A DNA stretch of 64,000 bases, taken from Octopus vulgaris (lineage: Eukaryota). Below the pieces are notes generated by a model. It had not been told where the DNA came from. It worked only from the letters and a program-made list of their open reading frames with translations, and did no database searches. The position numbers were made by a program, and so were the translations under genes. The stretch spans positions 40,114,001 to 40,178,000 of the forward strand of contig OX597838.1 of the NCBI GenBank assembly GCA_951406725.2. The letters run 5' to 3'. Shown here in pieces: positions 10,403 through 22,847 of the stretch (position 1 is its first letter; the number at the start of each line of letters is the position of its first letter).

Positions 10403-13400
10403 TCCTTAAATCCTTAAAAATGTTTCAGCCCGAAGGCTGTGGCCATGCTGGGGCACCACCGATGAATGAGCTACAATAGTATGTGAATCCACCTCTGATA
10501 CGTGGCACTTGGTCAACAAGGGAGTTCGATGCCGCTGCCCACATCTGTGTCTCCTGTCGTGAGGTAGGTTCATCTGGGACCCCCGACAAGAAGAGATCCA
10601 GTTTAGTTTTAAAGAAACCCACATCCACACCATGTAAGTCTCTCAGGCATTTAGGGAGGATGTTAAAGAGCTGTGGTCCTCTGAAACCCAAGCTGTTGCA
10701 GTATCTGGTCCTGTATTTTGATGGTGATGTTGGAATCTTTGGCACCATGCAGTGGCGCCCCGTTCTGCGGTTGGGGTAATTTTGAATGCCAAAGTTTGAG
10801 ACAAGACCCTCCAGGATTTTCCAGATGTATATCACTGCATATCTCTCCCGCCTTCGCTCCAGGGACAAGAGTTTTAATAATTTCAGTCTTTCTCAGTAGC
10901 TGATATTTTGCATTGAGACGATCTTCTTAGTGTAGCTTCTTTGAATTGCTTCGAGTTCTGCTGTTAGCTTTATATAGTGTGGTGACTATAGTTGGGAGCA
11001 GTAGTCCAAGCGGCTGAGGATGAAAGTTTTCCAAAGGACCATCAGTGTCTCCTTCTCTCTTGTTCTGGAAGTTCGGAGAATCCATCCAGCTAGCTGTCTG
11101 CATTTTATCACCAAATTAGTAATATGCACTTGGAAAGATGCATCATTGCTCATGTCAATGCCCAGATCACGCACTGATTTTGACTCAGGGATTGGGAAAG
11201 ACTCAAGAGATTAAGACTCTATTCCTTAGAGTGTAGGCCAGTGTATCTAGTCTGCATGTCGTTTACTTTTGTGTGCCGGTAGCGCAGGGCCTGGAACTTC
11301 CCTGCATTAAACTGCATGTTGTTGTCCTCGGCCCACCTGTATATCGTATCCAACTCCTGTTGCAGATGTACAATATTTCCAGGGTTTTGTATTGTGTGGG
11401 AGACTTTTGTGTCATCTGCATAGCTAGCAAGGGTGGCCATCTTAGCAGCTGAGGACATGTCTGAAAGGGCCACTATGAACAGCAGTGGCCCCAAGACAGT
11501 GCACTGTGGAACACCGCTTGTCATTTGTGTTTCCTTGGAGGTGGCTCCATTGGCCACAACTGCCTGCCTTCTATCTTTTAGGAAGTTGTGCAGCCACTCT
11601 CCAAGTTTTCTGCCTATGCCGAGACCACGCGGTTTGTGACAGATCATGGTCGACTTTATCAAAGGCTTTTGCAAAGTCGAAATATATTACATCCACATTT
11701 GAGCCATTTAGTAGCTGTTTTAACACCCAGTCATAGTGTTGCAGGAGCTGTGTTAGGCAGCTTCTACCTGGTCGAAATCCATGCTGGGTGTCAGTCAGCA
11801 AGTCATTTTCTTCAAGGAACATGATTATTTTCTTACGGACTATTCGTTCCATGACTTTGCTAATGCATGATGTCAGAGAGATAGGCCTATAATTTTTAGC
11901 ATCTGCTCTGCTTCCTCCCTTATGGATAGGGCATATTACCCCCTCTTTCCATTTAACTGGGAACTTACCACTTGCAAGCTCTGAAAAAGAAGCTGTAGCA
12001 GTTTTGCAAGGGTTCGTTTGCACGATTTGGGAAGGATCGCTGGAAATCCATCAGGTCCAGCAGCTGAGTTTGTGCCAATCTCATCTATGGCCAGTGTCAT
12101 ATCATCATCTTCAATGTTGATGTACTCAACATTGCCTCTTTGGCCACAGGTAAAGTGGCAAAGAATTCTTCTGGGTTGTTTACTTGCCTGTGTCCTAGAG
12201 GTGTAGTGAACACACTTTGGAACTGTTCGTTCAGTATTTCACTTATCCTCATGGGATTTCCTGTGAGGGAGGAGCCATCTTTTTGGAAGAGAGGTCCTAT
12301 TCTCTGGCGCACTGTGGCTGTCTCTTTAGCAAACTTAAAGAAAGCTTTAGGGTTTGACTTGATATTTTCTATTACCCAAGCTTCTCTCCTTTTCATGAGA
12401 CTGATGCAGACTTTTCTCAATTTCCATTAGCATTCTCTCGAGCCGAGACTCATCACCACTTTTGGTGTGCTTGCTCAGGCGGTTTGCAATCCTTGTCCAT
12501 TGTCTCATAAGAATCTTCCTTTCTCTAGGGATCCTGTTTTTGTTTTTGTGTGTGCTGGTCCTGCACACTGGGACATATTTGTCATATATGGCTTGTATTA
12601 TGGACATGAAGCGTTTGTGTTTCATGTCAATGTCCGGTGCGGAGAGACACCCAGGCCAATCCTGTCTGAGGATCTCTTTCTCGATCAACTTACAATTTGC
12701 TTTATGAAAGTTTAAGTTGGAGAGATTGTGGATGCTTTGTATAGGCTGTGTGTCTGCGGGGGCTTTTGGTCCATACATAGACAGCTCTATTATGTTGTGA
12801 TCCAAGATCATTGTCAGCATCACTTTAACATTATGGATAATATCCATATTGTTTGTGAAGCAGAGATCTAGTATATTATCTGCCCTTGTTGGTCACAGCA
12901 CTATTTGCTCCATGAAAGAGGCATTTGTGAGATGGAGCAGGGACTCTGCTGATGGTGTGTCATCCCTGGGAGCATCTGCCCCCCCAGGCCATTCCACATT
13001 GGGGAAGTTAAAGTCACCCATGAAGAATACACTGTTGTGTTGTTCCAGGTTGGTGAGAACTTCTGCTATTTTCGTTAGGCAGTCTTCAAACATGACTGTG
13101 TGATTTGGGGCATCCGGTGTAGTACATATGACGATATTCAGTTGTCTTGTCTGTATAATTTGAGTGTCACACACTGAGTTTGAATATGACAACAGGACCA
13201 GGGGCGTGAGGTCATCTCGGATGTACACTGCAACTCCACCATGGCTCCTCCCTTTTCTATCTGAGCGTAGGACAGCATATTGCAGCATGTGTATTTCTGC
13301 ATCCCCTATATCAGGTCCAAGATGCATTTCTATGAGTGTCATGCATATAGCTTGATTGCATGCCGCAAGGTCTCTCAGGAATGAAATTTTCCTTTTACAG

Positions 13401-14322
13401 TTGCCCCGCAGCAGCCCTCCTACGTTCAGTAGAAATATTTTTGTGGTGTGTGTGTTGGTGTCTGCGGTGGCCATCCTGCATCTGTTGGTGGTGGCCTTAT
13501 GTGGTGGTAGTTCCAGCTTTGTGTCTGCAGCCAGGTCAGCTGCTGAACAATTTTTTGTGCTATGCACAAAAAAGATTGCTGTTCAGCTGCTGCCCTTCTC
13601 ACATCTGGGTGAAGCTGGCCATTTGTTGGGCTATGCAGTATCTTTTTTGGACCACGCACTACATCCGCATATCGTCTTTCAGGAGTGGTCAGTGCGCAAT
13701 TTTTCCTTCTTTTATATTTTTCTTTATCTTTTTGTTCTCCCCGGGGGAGGGATTTTTGTCTTGTGTCCATGCGGTTTTGGCAGGGCTTCTGATGTGCAAA
13801 ACGACAGTTTGCACCATCGTCGCCATGCCAGCAGTCTCCCTTCAGGTAGAATTTGCAGATGCTCCTGCTTTTGCCCATGTACCTCTTGCTGGGGTTCATC
13901 TGTTTTTTCTGAACAGTGTTTGTTTTAGTTTTCTTGTCTTTTATCTCTTGTTTTGCGTCGATTTTAGGGTGCTTTCCTTTTTTTGCGGCCATCGCACCTC
14001 TTTGATCTTCAGTTGTGTTGGGAGCTGGACATGTGCCATTGTTTCCCTTGGTTTCAGGTTTCCCGGTTGTGTCTTTTGTTGGGTCCTGGATGCTTTCTCT
14101 ATCCTTTTGGTCATCCCTGGTGCAGTCACCTCCCAGGATGATGTCCAGTGTGTCTATGTGTTGCCTGATTAGAGCATATGAACGGAGGAATTTGCGTTTC
14201 TTTCACTCTATCTGGATGGTGGTCCTGGAGAAATCATTGCTCTTAAGCACCGCTGCAATGATATTGTTAGGGGAGTCTATATATTGATAGGGGAGTCTAT
14301 ATATTGATAGGGGAGTCTATAT
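10403..14322 (-). mobile_element. Near full-length decayed CR1-group LINE (ORF1 with CCCH zinc finger, APE endonuclease, RT)
   Basis: ORF1 ICKFYLKGDCWHG..CRFAH; APE motifs FLLNVGGL, SDRKGRSHGGVAVYIR, MGDFNFP and DHNII; RT motifs through SYADDTK; 3' tail ggtgccccagcatggccacagccttcgggctgaaac. A 20-bp x3 repeat sits at the 5' end (~14262-14322). Confidence 0.9.
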
Positions 14323-14391
14323 TTATATAGATCCATATATATATATATCCATATATTTATATATATATATCCATATATTTATATATATATC

Positions 14392-14465
<74 letters not shown>

Positions 14466-15508
14466 ATACACCTTCTTGCAACCTGCTGCTAATAAGCCAT
14501 TCCATTGGCGACAGCCGCCTGTTCTACACGTCACCTCTACCGAAAAGGTAATCGCTTTCCACGCTTGCTGATCAATTGTTTTTGTCCCATTTTGTCTCAA
14601 AGTCATAAGACACCCCTTGTCATTCCTGTTTTTATTCGTTACTGTTTCCAATTTTATCTTCGTCTCTTGTTTTCCTATTCATCTCTGTTGTCACATTCTT
14701 TCCTTCTACCAAGGAAATCTAATGCCCATAGCTTAGCTTTTCCTTGGGGCTGGCCGATTTGGAGCAAATCTCAGAATTAAACAGCCGAAATTTGCCATGA
14801 TGAATCGGTTTCTGACTGAAGAATGAAGGCTCTGAATTACTGTCCGTTTTCCATGTTCGTCAATTCGTGTATTTCACGTTCTTTATATATAAAGTTTTAT
14901 TATTATTTATTATATATATATCTACATATATATATATCCATACATATATATATATCCACATATATATATCCATATATATATATTCATATATATATATATC
15001 CACATATATATATTCATATATATATATCCATATATATTTATCACTGGCGTTGTCTCGTCAGCAGAAAAGCCAAGGAGCAACATATATACACGAGGCGATG
15101 ATAAACATGCCTCGCTTCTATATGCTATAAATTTTCAAAATCCACCACGCTCACGCGGTTTACTCAGCAGTAAATATAAACTGCCGATTTAATTTCAAAA
15201 TTAGTCAAAAAATCAGTGATAAATAAATTAATTTAATTAATTTATTTACTAAAGATTGTCGAAACTATGCATAGTCCAGAAAGGGAAAGGGTAAACGTTT
15301 TTATTTCTCTTTCCATTTCAGAATTACAACTATTAGTGGTTTGGAGTTTGGCTGCTCTTTCTAGTGAATCGGATGTCCTATTATGGCCATCCCATATATG
15401 TTTGAATGTATATTATATAGTCTATTGACTAATTTTTTTTTCTCACTTGACCACTGGTAGCGGAGAATTTTTCTAGAATTTTTTGCTACCCTAAAATTTA
15501 TTATATTC

Positions 15509-15564
<56 letters not shown>

Positions 15565-15812
15565 CAATGAATAGCCTACGCGTAAACCAATTGGTTCGTT
15601 TTATTCTCTTACTTTATTATCATCTTATAATCATCTCATAATAATGACCTTTATGACTAGTATTACTACCTCAGTCAATCTAAATGTATATATTTGTCAC
15701 TACCTGTCATAAATAGCCTTTTTCTATCTGCAATAGGCATTTTCGTTGTGTTTTCATATTTTACCCTTACATTTCCACGTGTATTTTATATTTTCTTTTC
15801 GTAACATATTTC

Positions 15813-15846
<34 letters not shown>

Positions 15847-15855
15847 ATATATATC

Positions 15856-15920
15856 CTTAAATCATTAAAAACGTTTTAGCCCGAAGGCCGTGACCATGCT
15901 GGGGTACCACCGCTGAATGA
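15856..15920 (-). mobile_element. Isolated 3' tail of the CR1 family seen at 10403
   Basis: Reverse complement reads gcggtggtaccccagcatggtcacggccttcgggctaaaacgtttttaatgatttaagga, matching 10403-10465. Confidence 0.75.
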
Positions 15921-16126
15921 ATATATATATCCATATATATACATATATATATCCATATATATATATATTTTTCTATAGGTGAATGAATTATCCTATGTTT
16001 ACCGTCAACATGGAAAATTCGATGAACCGATACCAGGGTAGCAAATTCACAACAGAAACACGGTTGAAGCGACCTGTCCAAGGGTAGAAACTCCGGGTTC
16101 ATGTGCAGAAATTTGTGTGTTATATA

Positions 16127-16733
16127 TGAATAAATAAATGAATGGAGTTGAACGAAGATGCTAACAAAATTCCTTTACTCTCGACATATGTTTCGAAGAC
16201 AACATGGTTTCATTCCAAAGGAATAAACAGTGCAAGATGCAATCTTCTCATCAGGAAAGAAAGGGAGCCTCTCTCAACAACAAGACAAACAAAAATTGCG
16301 ATGACTGCCTACATGGTAAACAAAACGATTAATAAGTGTTTTTAAAAAAACTGTTAGTAGAATTGACGTCAAAGTTAGATAGTAGGAAGAGAAGGGTTAA
16401 AGGAATAATAGGTAGGGAACAAGTGGAGAGGAGAGGGTACGTTGATTAAAAGAAAGTTCAAAGGCTTAGGAAAGAATTTCGCTATTGAAGTGGAGTGAAA
16501 GTTAAACTAATTGTTCAAACCACAATGACTATCATAATCATTTATATGAGTGTTTATCTGCCAGTGTTTACATTTGTACGATTTCTCTATGAGTGTGTTT
16601 ATAAGGGGAACCTTAGAGAAGAGAATATGGAAGAGTTCAGAGTTGCAAATGTTACAAAATCTCCTGCCCTTATCAAAAGGAAAGGATACAGACAGTATGA
16701 ACCAATCTAACTTAAAATCTATATTATTGTCTT
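16127..16733 (-). mobile_element. Penelope-like element 3' portion (pLTR); inverted copy of ~17946-18556
   Basis: High-identity reverse complement of 17946-18556. Encodes the GIY-YIG C-terminal region KDNNIDFKLDWFIL...CNICNSE...CKH. Confidence 0.85.
16178..16259 (-). ncRNA. Type I hammerhead ribozyme motif (Penelope-associated)
   Basis: Minus strand ctttc-CTGATGA-gaaga...tcttc-GAAA-catatg-TC-gagag contains the full catalytic core and stems I-III. Confidence 0.7.
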
Positions 16734-17329
16734 TAACCCTTTCGTTACTATATTTCTGACCAAAATACACCCCTCATGAGTTTCAATTAAATTCTAAAAT
16801 GATCATGAATCTAGGCTTGTTTCATTAAATAACTGTAACTTTTTTACTTATCAACATATTAATGTGATATTTGGAACATAATTAAAGAAAGGGTTCTTAA
16901 TCAATTCTATTGCATAACTTTTGTCTCAAAGTGACTTTAATTACAGGTAAATCCAGGTAAATTGAGCAAAAGGTAAAAATATTAAAATTTTAAATTGAGC
17001 AAAAGGTAAAAATATTAAAATTTTGTTTAAACATCACCATAGAAAATGAATCATCAGCTAATATTCAAATGGGTATGCAACAAAATTTTGATAAAGAAGA
17101 AGTGTGCACATCACTATATCATCAGTTGAATTTAATGCACAACAGGTGTACCATAAAGGTGGAATAAAGTGAAATACTGGAATCCACCGCAAGTTTGACC
17201 GTACTAAAGAAATCGGTCAAAAAATAATATACGGCCCTGGTTATGGTATGGAAGTGATAAATTCCAGACCACATCGTTCCCTAGGCCATGCTGACTAACA
17301 TTATTTTCGCTGTATAACAACTAAATCCA

Positions 17330-18547
17330 CGCAGTACCCAGTATTTGCTTCACAAATTTTCCAAAATTATTAATTATTACTTCCCACATAGTTAGAATCG
17401 CTTTCTCTAACACTAGAAATCTTTCACAACTTATATCTTCTCACAATACCAAGCTGCTAAATAAAGGTTCTTCACACGGGAGTTCCAGCATTAATCTTGC
17501 TAATTTCAACCCATCATACAATCATAATAATAATAATAATAATAATAGTAGTAGTAGTCGTGTTAATAACAATGGTAATTTTAATAGTAATAACAATAAC
17601 GGTATTATTGTTGATGGTATTATTGGTTGTATTACCATTAATAATACTAATAATAATAGGAATAGTGTTGTTGGTGGTGCAAATAATAATAGTAACAACA
17701 ATCATAGCAATAAAAACATCGTTTCGATCTCGGAGGACAACCCCAACAGAATTAAATTTTTGTCTAGTAATTCTAAGATTAAGAATTCTATTTACCAGTG
17801 TAGAATTTCTTCCAGTACCGATGTCTTCTTCTATATAGGAGAGTCCACTTCCCAGTTATCCAAGAGGATTTCATACTATTATTCAACATTCAGGGATAGT
17901 AAAAAATGACATAGTACAGGGCTAAGTAAATTAGTTTGGCATCTCAAAGACAATAATATAGATTTTAAGTTAGATTGGTTCATACTGTCTGTATCCTTTC
18001 CTTTTGATAAGGGGAGGAGATTTTGTAACATTTGCAACTCTAAACTCTTCCATATTCTCTTCTCTAAGGTTCCCCTTGTAAACACACTCATAGAGAAATC
18101 GTACAAATGTAAACACTGGCAGAAACATACTTTTTACTCATATAAATGATTACAATAGTCATTGTGGTTTGAACAATTAGTTTAACTTGCACTCCACTTC
18201 AATGGCGAAATTCTTTCCTAAGCCTTTGAACTTTCTTTTAATCAACGTACCCTCCCCTCTCCACTTGTTCCCTACCTATAATTCCTTTAACCCTTCTCTT
18301 CCTACTATCTAACTTTGACGTCAATTCTACTAACAGTTTTTTTAAAAACACTTATTATCGTTTTGTTTACCATGTAGGCAGTCATCGCAATTTTTGTTTG
18401 TCTTGTTGTTGAGAGAGGCTCCCTTTCTTTCCTGATGAGAAGATTGCTTCTTGCACCGTTTATTCCTTTGGAATGAAACCATGTTGTCTTCGAAACATAT
18501 GTCGAGAGTAAAGGAATTTTGTTAACATCTTCATTCAACTCCATTCA

Positions 18548-18556
<9 letters not shown>
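17330..18556 (+). mobile_element. Penelope-like element (Naiad-type), thumb end, linker, GIY-YIG and 3' pLTR
   Basis: Manual translation: VRIAFSNTRNLSQLISSHNTKLL...SIYQCRI...FFYIGES...KK*HSTGLSKLVWHLK...W...CNICNSK...CKH. This layout matches Naiad-like Penelope endonucleases. Confidence 0.8.
18427..18508 (+). ncRNA. Type I hammerhead ribozyme motif (Penelope-associated)
   Basis: ctttc CTGATGA gaaga...tcttc GAAA catatg TC gagag, with a palindromic minimal stem III and a GUC cleavage triplet. Confidence 0.7.
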
Positions 18557-18579
<23 letters not shown>

Positions 18580-18824
18580 ATATATAAATAAATATAGGGA
18601 TGGTATTATTAAAATACCATCACAAGTGGTAAGTGAATTATCAGCCATACAGGCAAATTACTAAAATATATACATACAATATTAGATATGTACATATATA
18701 CACAAGTACTACATGAGTACCTATATCACTAATGATAAAAGTCAAAAATACTTCTGTACCACTGAATAGTCACAAATCCATTACATACAAGATAGGAAAA
18801 AATATCAGTGCATATATATATATA

Positions 18825-20950
18825 TCGACAACAACAACAACAGAACTTACAGACAGCACTACAATCCCATCAAAAGAACCGAGACACCCATCATCACAAG
18901 ACAAAACTTTACCAGACAACGTAGACCCCAACCCACACAAGAACCGTTCCAGATTCGGAGATCCTACCCATCACTTAGAAACCCATCTCTGAACTATGAT
19001 TGTAGATTCCAACCCAAACCGCTCCTAACTCAGAGTTCTCCCCCAACATATAGGAATTCACTTCTAAACCATGAATATAGTTTCCAACCCACTCTAAGGA
19101 ACCAACATTACACCCAGGACAAACAACCCAGACCCTGGAATAACCAAAACTCTTCCAGGAGGCCACACCAACAACCCAGACCCTGGAACAACCAAAACCT
19201 CTTCAACAGACAACATATCAACGGGGGACAGAATCACAACAACCAAAACCTCTTCAACAGACAACATATCAACGGGGGACAGAATCACAACAACCAAAAC
19301 CTCTTCAACAGACAACATATCAACGGGGGACAGAATCACATACAGCAAAATACCGCAAACAGAAGAACCCCCAGGATTCCTTTTTAGGCAAGGGCATCAG
19401 TTTCCACGACAGCAGATGGTAGATACCAACCCCGAAAAACCAAAAATAGTGAATCTTTCTAACCTAAACCTGTCGACACCACAAATAAAAATCCTTTCAA
19501 GAGGACTAAAATTCACCCCAACTCCGCAATACCCTAACCTGAGGGAAATACAGGATGACATCTCACACTTTTGCAGAAAATTACGCCTCACAGAGGAATT
19601 TTTTGACAGGAAAACTAATAATAACGATGAATCAATGGTCTGTAACAAAAGCAACTATAATCCCATAAAAGGCAAAAACAAAACCTTAGACAAATTTTGC
19701 GATTACATCTCCAACTTCCCTTATGGTGAACTCCCACAACCTAAACTCAAACCCAACACCAGTAAAAGAGAATGGGAAATCATCCATACGCTACGAGACA
19801 ATCATGACGTCACAATAAAGGAAGCTGATAAGGGTAGTACGGTCGTTGTTATGAATACTGAGCAATATAAAAACTCTGTATCTCTCCTTTTAGAGGATAC
19901 CACATACTATGAAAGAGTAATCGACTACCAGCAATCCAAAACAATGACCAAACTGAAGGCACTCATTTACCAACACCGGAATGACTTGACAGCAAAGGAA
20001 TGCGACTACATTACTAAATTTAATTGCAAAACCAGCACACTCTATGGGCTTCCAAAAATACACAAGAGTCAAATTATCACAGAAGCTTGCAAAAAGTCCA
20101 CTTCAACCTGCATCACTATACCACATCCCACTGATCTCAAACTGAGACCAATAGTGGCAGGCCCAAGTTGTGAAACACACAGACTTAGCAACTTTATAGA
20201 TATCATCTTAAAGCCAATACTGAAACACATTCCAACGGAATAGAACGGGCCAAATCAATCAACATTCAAGACCTACGAAAACCCAAACACATCCACAGTA
20301 CAGTAAATAGCCTCCCCTATCTCTCAACACACAACCCAAGGAATGCAGAAGCTTACACTATTATATACAACATTCCACAACTAAATCAAGACCCACGCCT
20401 GAAAAAAATACTGGCAGCTCATAAAATAATAAAAAGTAAGAGACAACCTAAATCCCTAAAAAACCTCCTCACCAACGCAAAATTACACAACACAAACCCA
20501 CCGCCCACCATCAAAAAATGTGGTCGCCCCAACTGCATCCACCTCATTGAGGGATCGTCGTACAAGTTCCACTCGGGACACACATTCATCATAAAAAATA
20601 ATTTCGCGTGCGCATCAAAAAATTTACTCTACATCATAAGGTGTGAAGGATGCCACGAAGACTGCATAGGGCAAACAAGCCTTACCCTCAGAGAAAGAAT
20701 GACAGTTCACCGACAACAACTGAGGGACCCCTCCACAAGACAGATACTACTAAGTGGACACTTAGACCTTTGTGCACACAATAAGTCCCCCAAATTCTTA
20801 GTCTTCCCACTATACCAATGCTCGGACAACACCACAGACCAAACACGAATAAATAAGGAAAGTAATCTTATTCAAAAATACAGACCACAACTAAACATAC
20901 TCTAACATACCCCCTGGAAACACATCCAGAGCAAGCACACAGGGACACGC
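18825..20950 (+). mobile_element. Penelope-like element (Neptune-type) with the RT core internally deleted
   Basis: ORF 19416-20243 has IVNLS, LSRGLKFTPTP, IKEADKGSTVVVMN, LYGLPKIHK and LRPIVAG. It then jumps at ~20235 to the Cys-rich linker and GIY-YIG (CASKNLLYIIRCEGC..CIGQT..LRERMTVHR). Confidence 0.85.
19187..19340 (+). repeat. 51-bp tandem repeat x3 in the 5' region of the Penelope element
   Basis: Unit aacaaccaaaacctcttcaacagacaacatatcaacgggggacagaatcac. Confidence 0.9.
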
Positions 20951-21049
20951 GCACACTCACAGCATATCGTGCGGGCGGGCGGGCACATGCGCGCATCGGC
21001 ACGCATAGGACACACTAGCGGGCATTGACCGCACACATACGTGGCATGC

Positions 21050-21264
21050 ACATGCATGCATTATATATATGTAGGTTATGTATGTGTGTGAGTGTTGTGT
21101 GTGTGTGTGTGTGTGCACGTTGTGTGTGTGTGTGCGCGTGTGTATATATATGTGTGTGTGTGTGTGTGTGCACATGTGTATATATGTGTGTGTGTGTGCA
21201 CTGTGTGCGTGTGTGTGTGTGTGTGAGCATTGTGTACGTGTGTATGTATTTACATGTGTATTTG

Positions 21265-21307
<43 letters not shown>

Positions 21308-22015
21308 TGTGTGTGTATATGCATGGTATGTGTGTATATGTGAGTACATTGTTTGTGTGTGTGTGCGGTATGTAGAGATATATTTGAGTGTGTACGCTAT
21401 AGGTTTGTAATTTGTGTGTGCGGGTGTGTGTGTGAATTTTTTATATATATATGTGTGTGTGTGTGTATGTGTGTGTGTGTATATTTATTTGCATGTTTAC
21501 GTGTGTATAAACATGTACATTATTTGCATGCGCATTGTGTATATGTATATTGTATGTATGTGTATTGTATATGTATATGTACAATTAAGTGGATATATGT
21601 GTGTGTATGTGTGCATTGTATATATGTATATTGTAGGTGTGCTATATATGCATGAATACATGTATATGCATTGCGTGTATATATATGTATGCATTGTGTA
21701 TGTATGTTATGTGTGTGTGTGTTTATATATATTATATGTATGCGTACGTGTATGTGTATGCATTGTATGTATGTATATTGTGTGTATATGTGGTATATCT
21801 ATGTATGTGTATGTAAACACTATTTATATGTATACATGTATATATGTATATGCATTGTCTATATATATATATTATATGTATGTATTGCGTACGTATATTG
21901 CATGCATATATTGTGTATGTGTATTATATACATGCTGTATGTGTGTATTGTATGTGTATATATATGCTAGGTGTATTTGTGTGATATTTATATTATGTAT
22001 GTATGTGTGCGTGTG

Positions 22016-22048
<33 letters not shown>

Positions 22049-22215
22049 TTATATATGTGTGTATATTATATATAAATACATGTTATATTTGTGTGCTGTG
22101 TGTATATATTATATATGTGGGTGCGTTGTGTATGTGTGTGTGTGTATTCTGTGTGTGTGTGTTGTGTGTATGTGGTGTGTGTTTGTATACTATGTGTGTG
22201 TGTGTATGTGTGTTA
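21050..22215. repeat. Degenerate (TG/TA)n compound microsatellite, ~1.2 kb
   Basis: Directly visible. Confidence 0.95.
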
Positions 22216-22579
22216 CATATAACCCCAAAACCATTGATGCTTGAAGGGGAAGTATACACCACACTGGGTACATATCTTTTTTTCTCTCAATTCAACCTTT
22301 CTGCTAAAACAAACAGGTCAGTAAAAACGTATTCTCGCCTTCAACTTAAAATATTCTGAGATGTATAAAAAATCCATTTTAATTTTTGCTGGCAAAAGAC
22401 TGTATATATATACCAAAGACTGTATATATATACATGTAATGTGACAATTTGCGACAACCAATAATTAACGCAAGCAATTCCCAATAATATATTTGTTTTA
22501 TCCTTTTCTGCCAAATTTTCCCAAATATTCTCATCACACTATTGAACTTCTCTGTTACCAAACACTATATTTATACATG

Positions 22580-22722
22580 TAATGTGACAATTATGTATAA
22601 AAAAACATTTTTGAATTCATAATATCCAATGTGACAATTATGTAAAAAACATTTTTGAATGCATAATATTCAATGTGACAATTATGTAAAAAACTTTTTT
22701 GAACCCATATTATTCAATGTTA
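22580..22722. repeat. ~44-bp tandem repeat x3
   Basis: Unit aatgtgacaattatgtaaaaaacatttttgaatgcataatattc. Confidence 0.75.
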
Positions 22723-22847
22723 CTTTTAATGTTTCTTTTGACAATCTTTTACCAAAGAGTGAAACCGGTTAAGTAAATAAACATCGTTTAAATTGCATTT
22801 TCAAACCTTTTTTCTTATATATATATATATATATACATACATGTATA

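Noticed and set aside
14800-14850. Possible hammerhead (ctgaaga...) in a Penelope-like 3' fragment
   Set aside because: The GAAA core and stems are not intact enough to call.
17907-17909. In-frame TGA as selenocysteine (some Naiad elements encode selenoproteins)
   Set aside because: The position (KK*HST) is not an expected Cys site and CGA-to-TGA decay is simpler. I recognised no SECIS. A family consensus retaining TGA would reopen the question.
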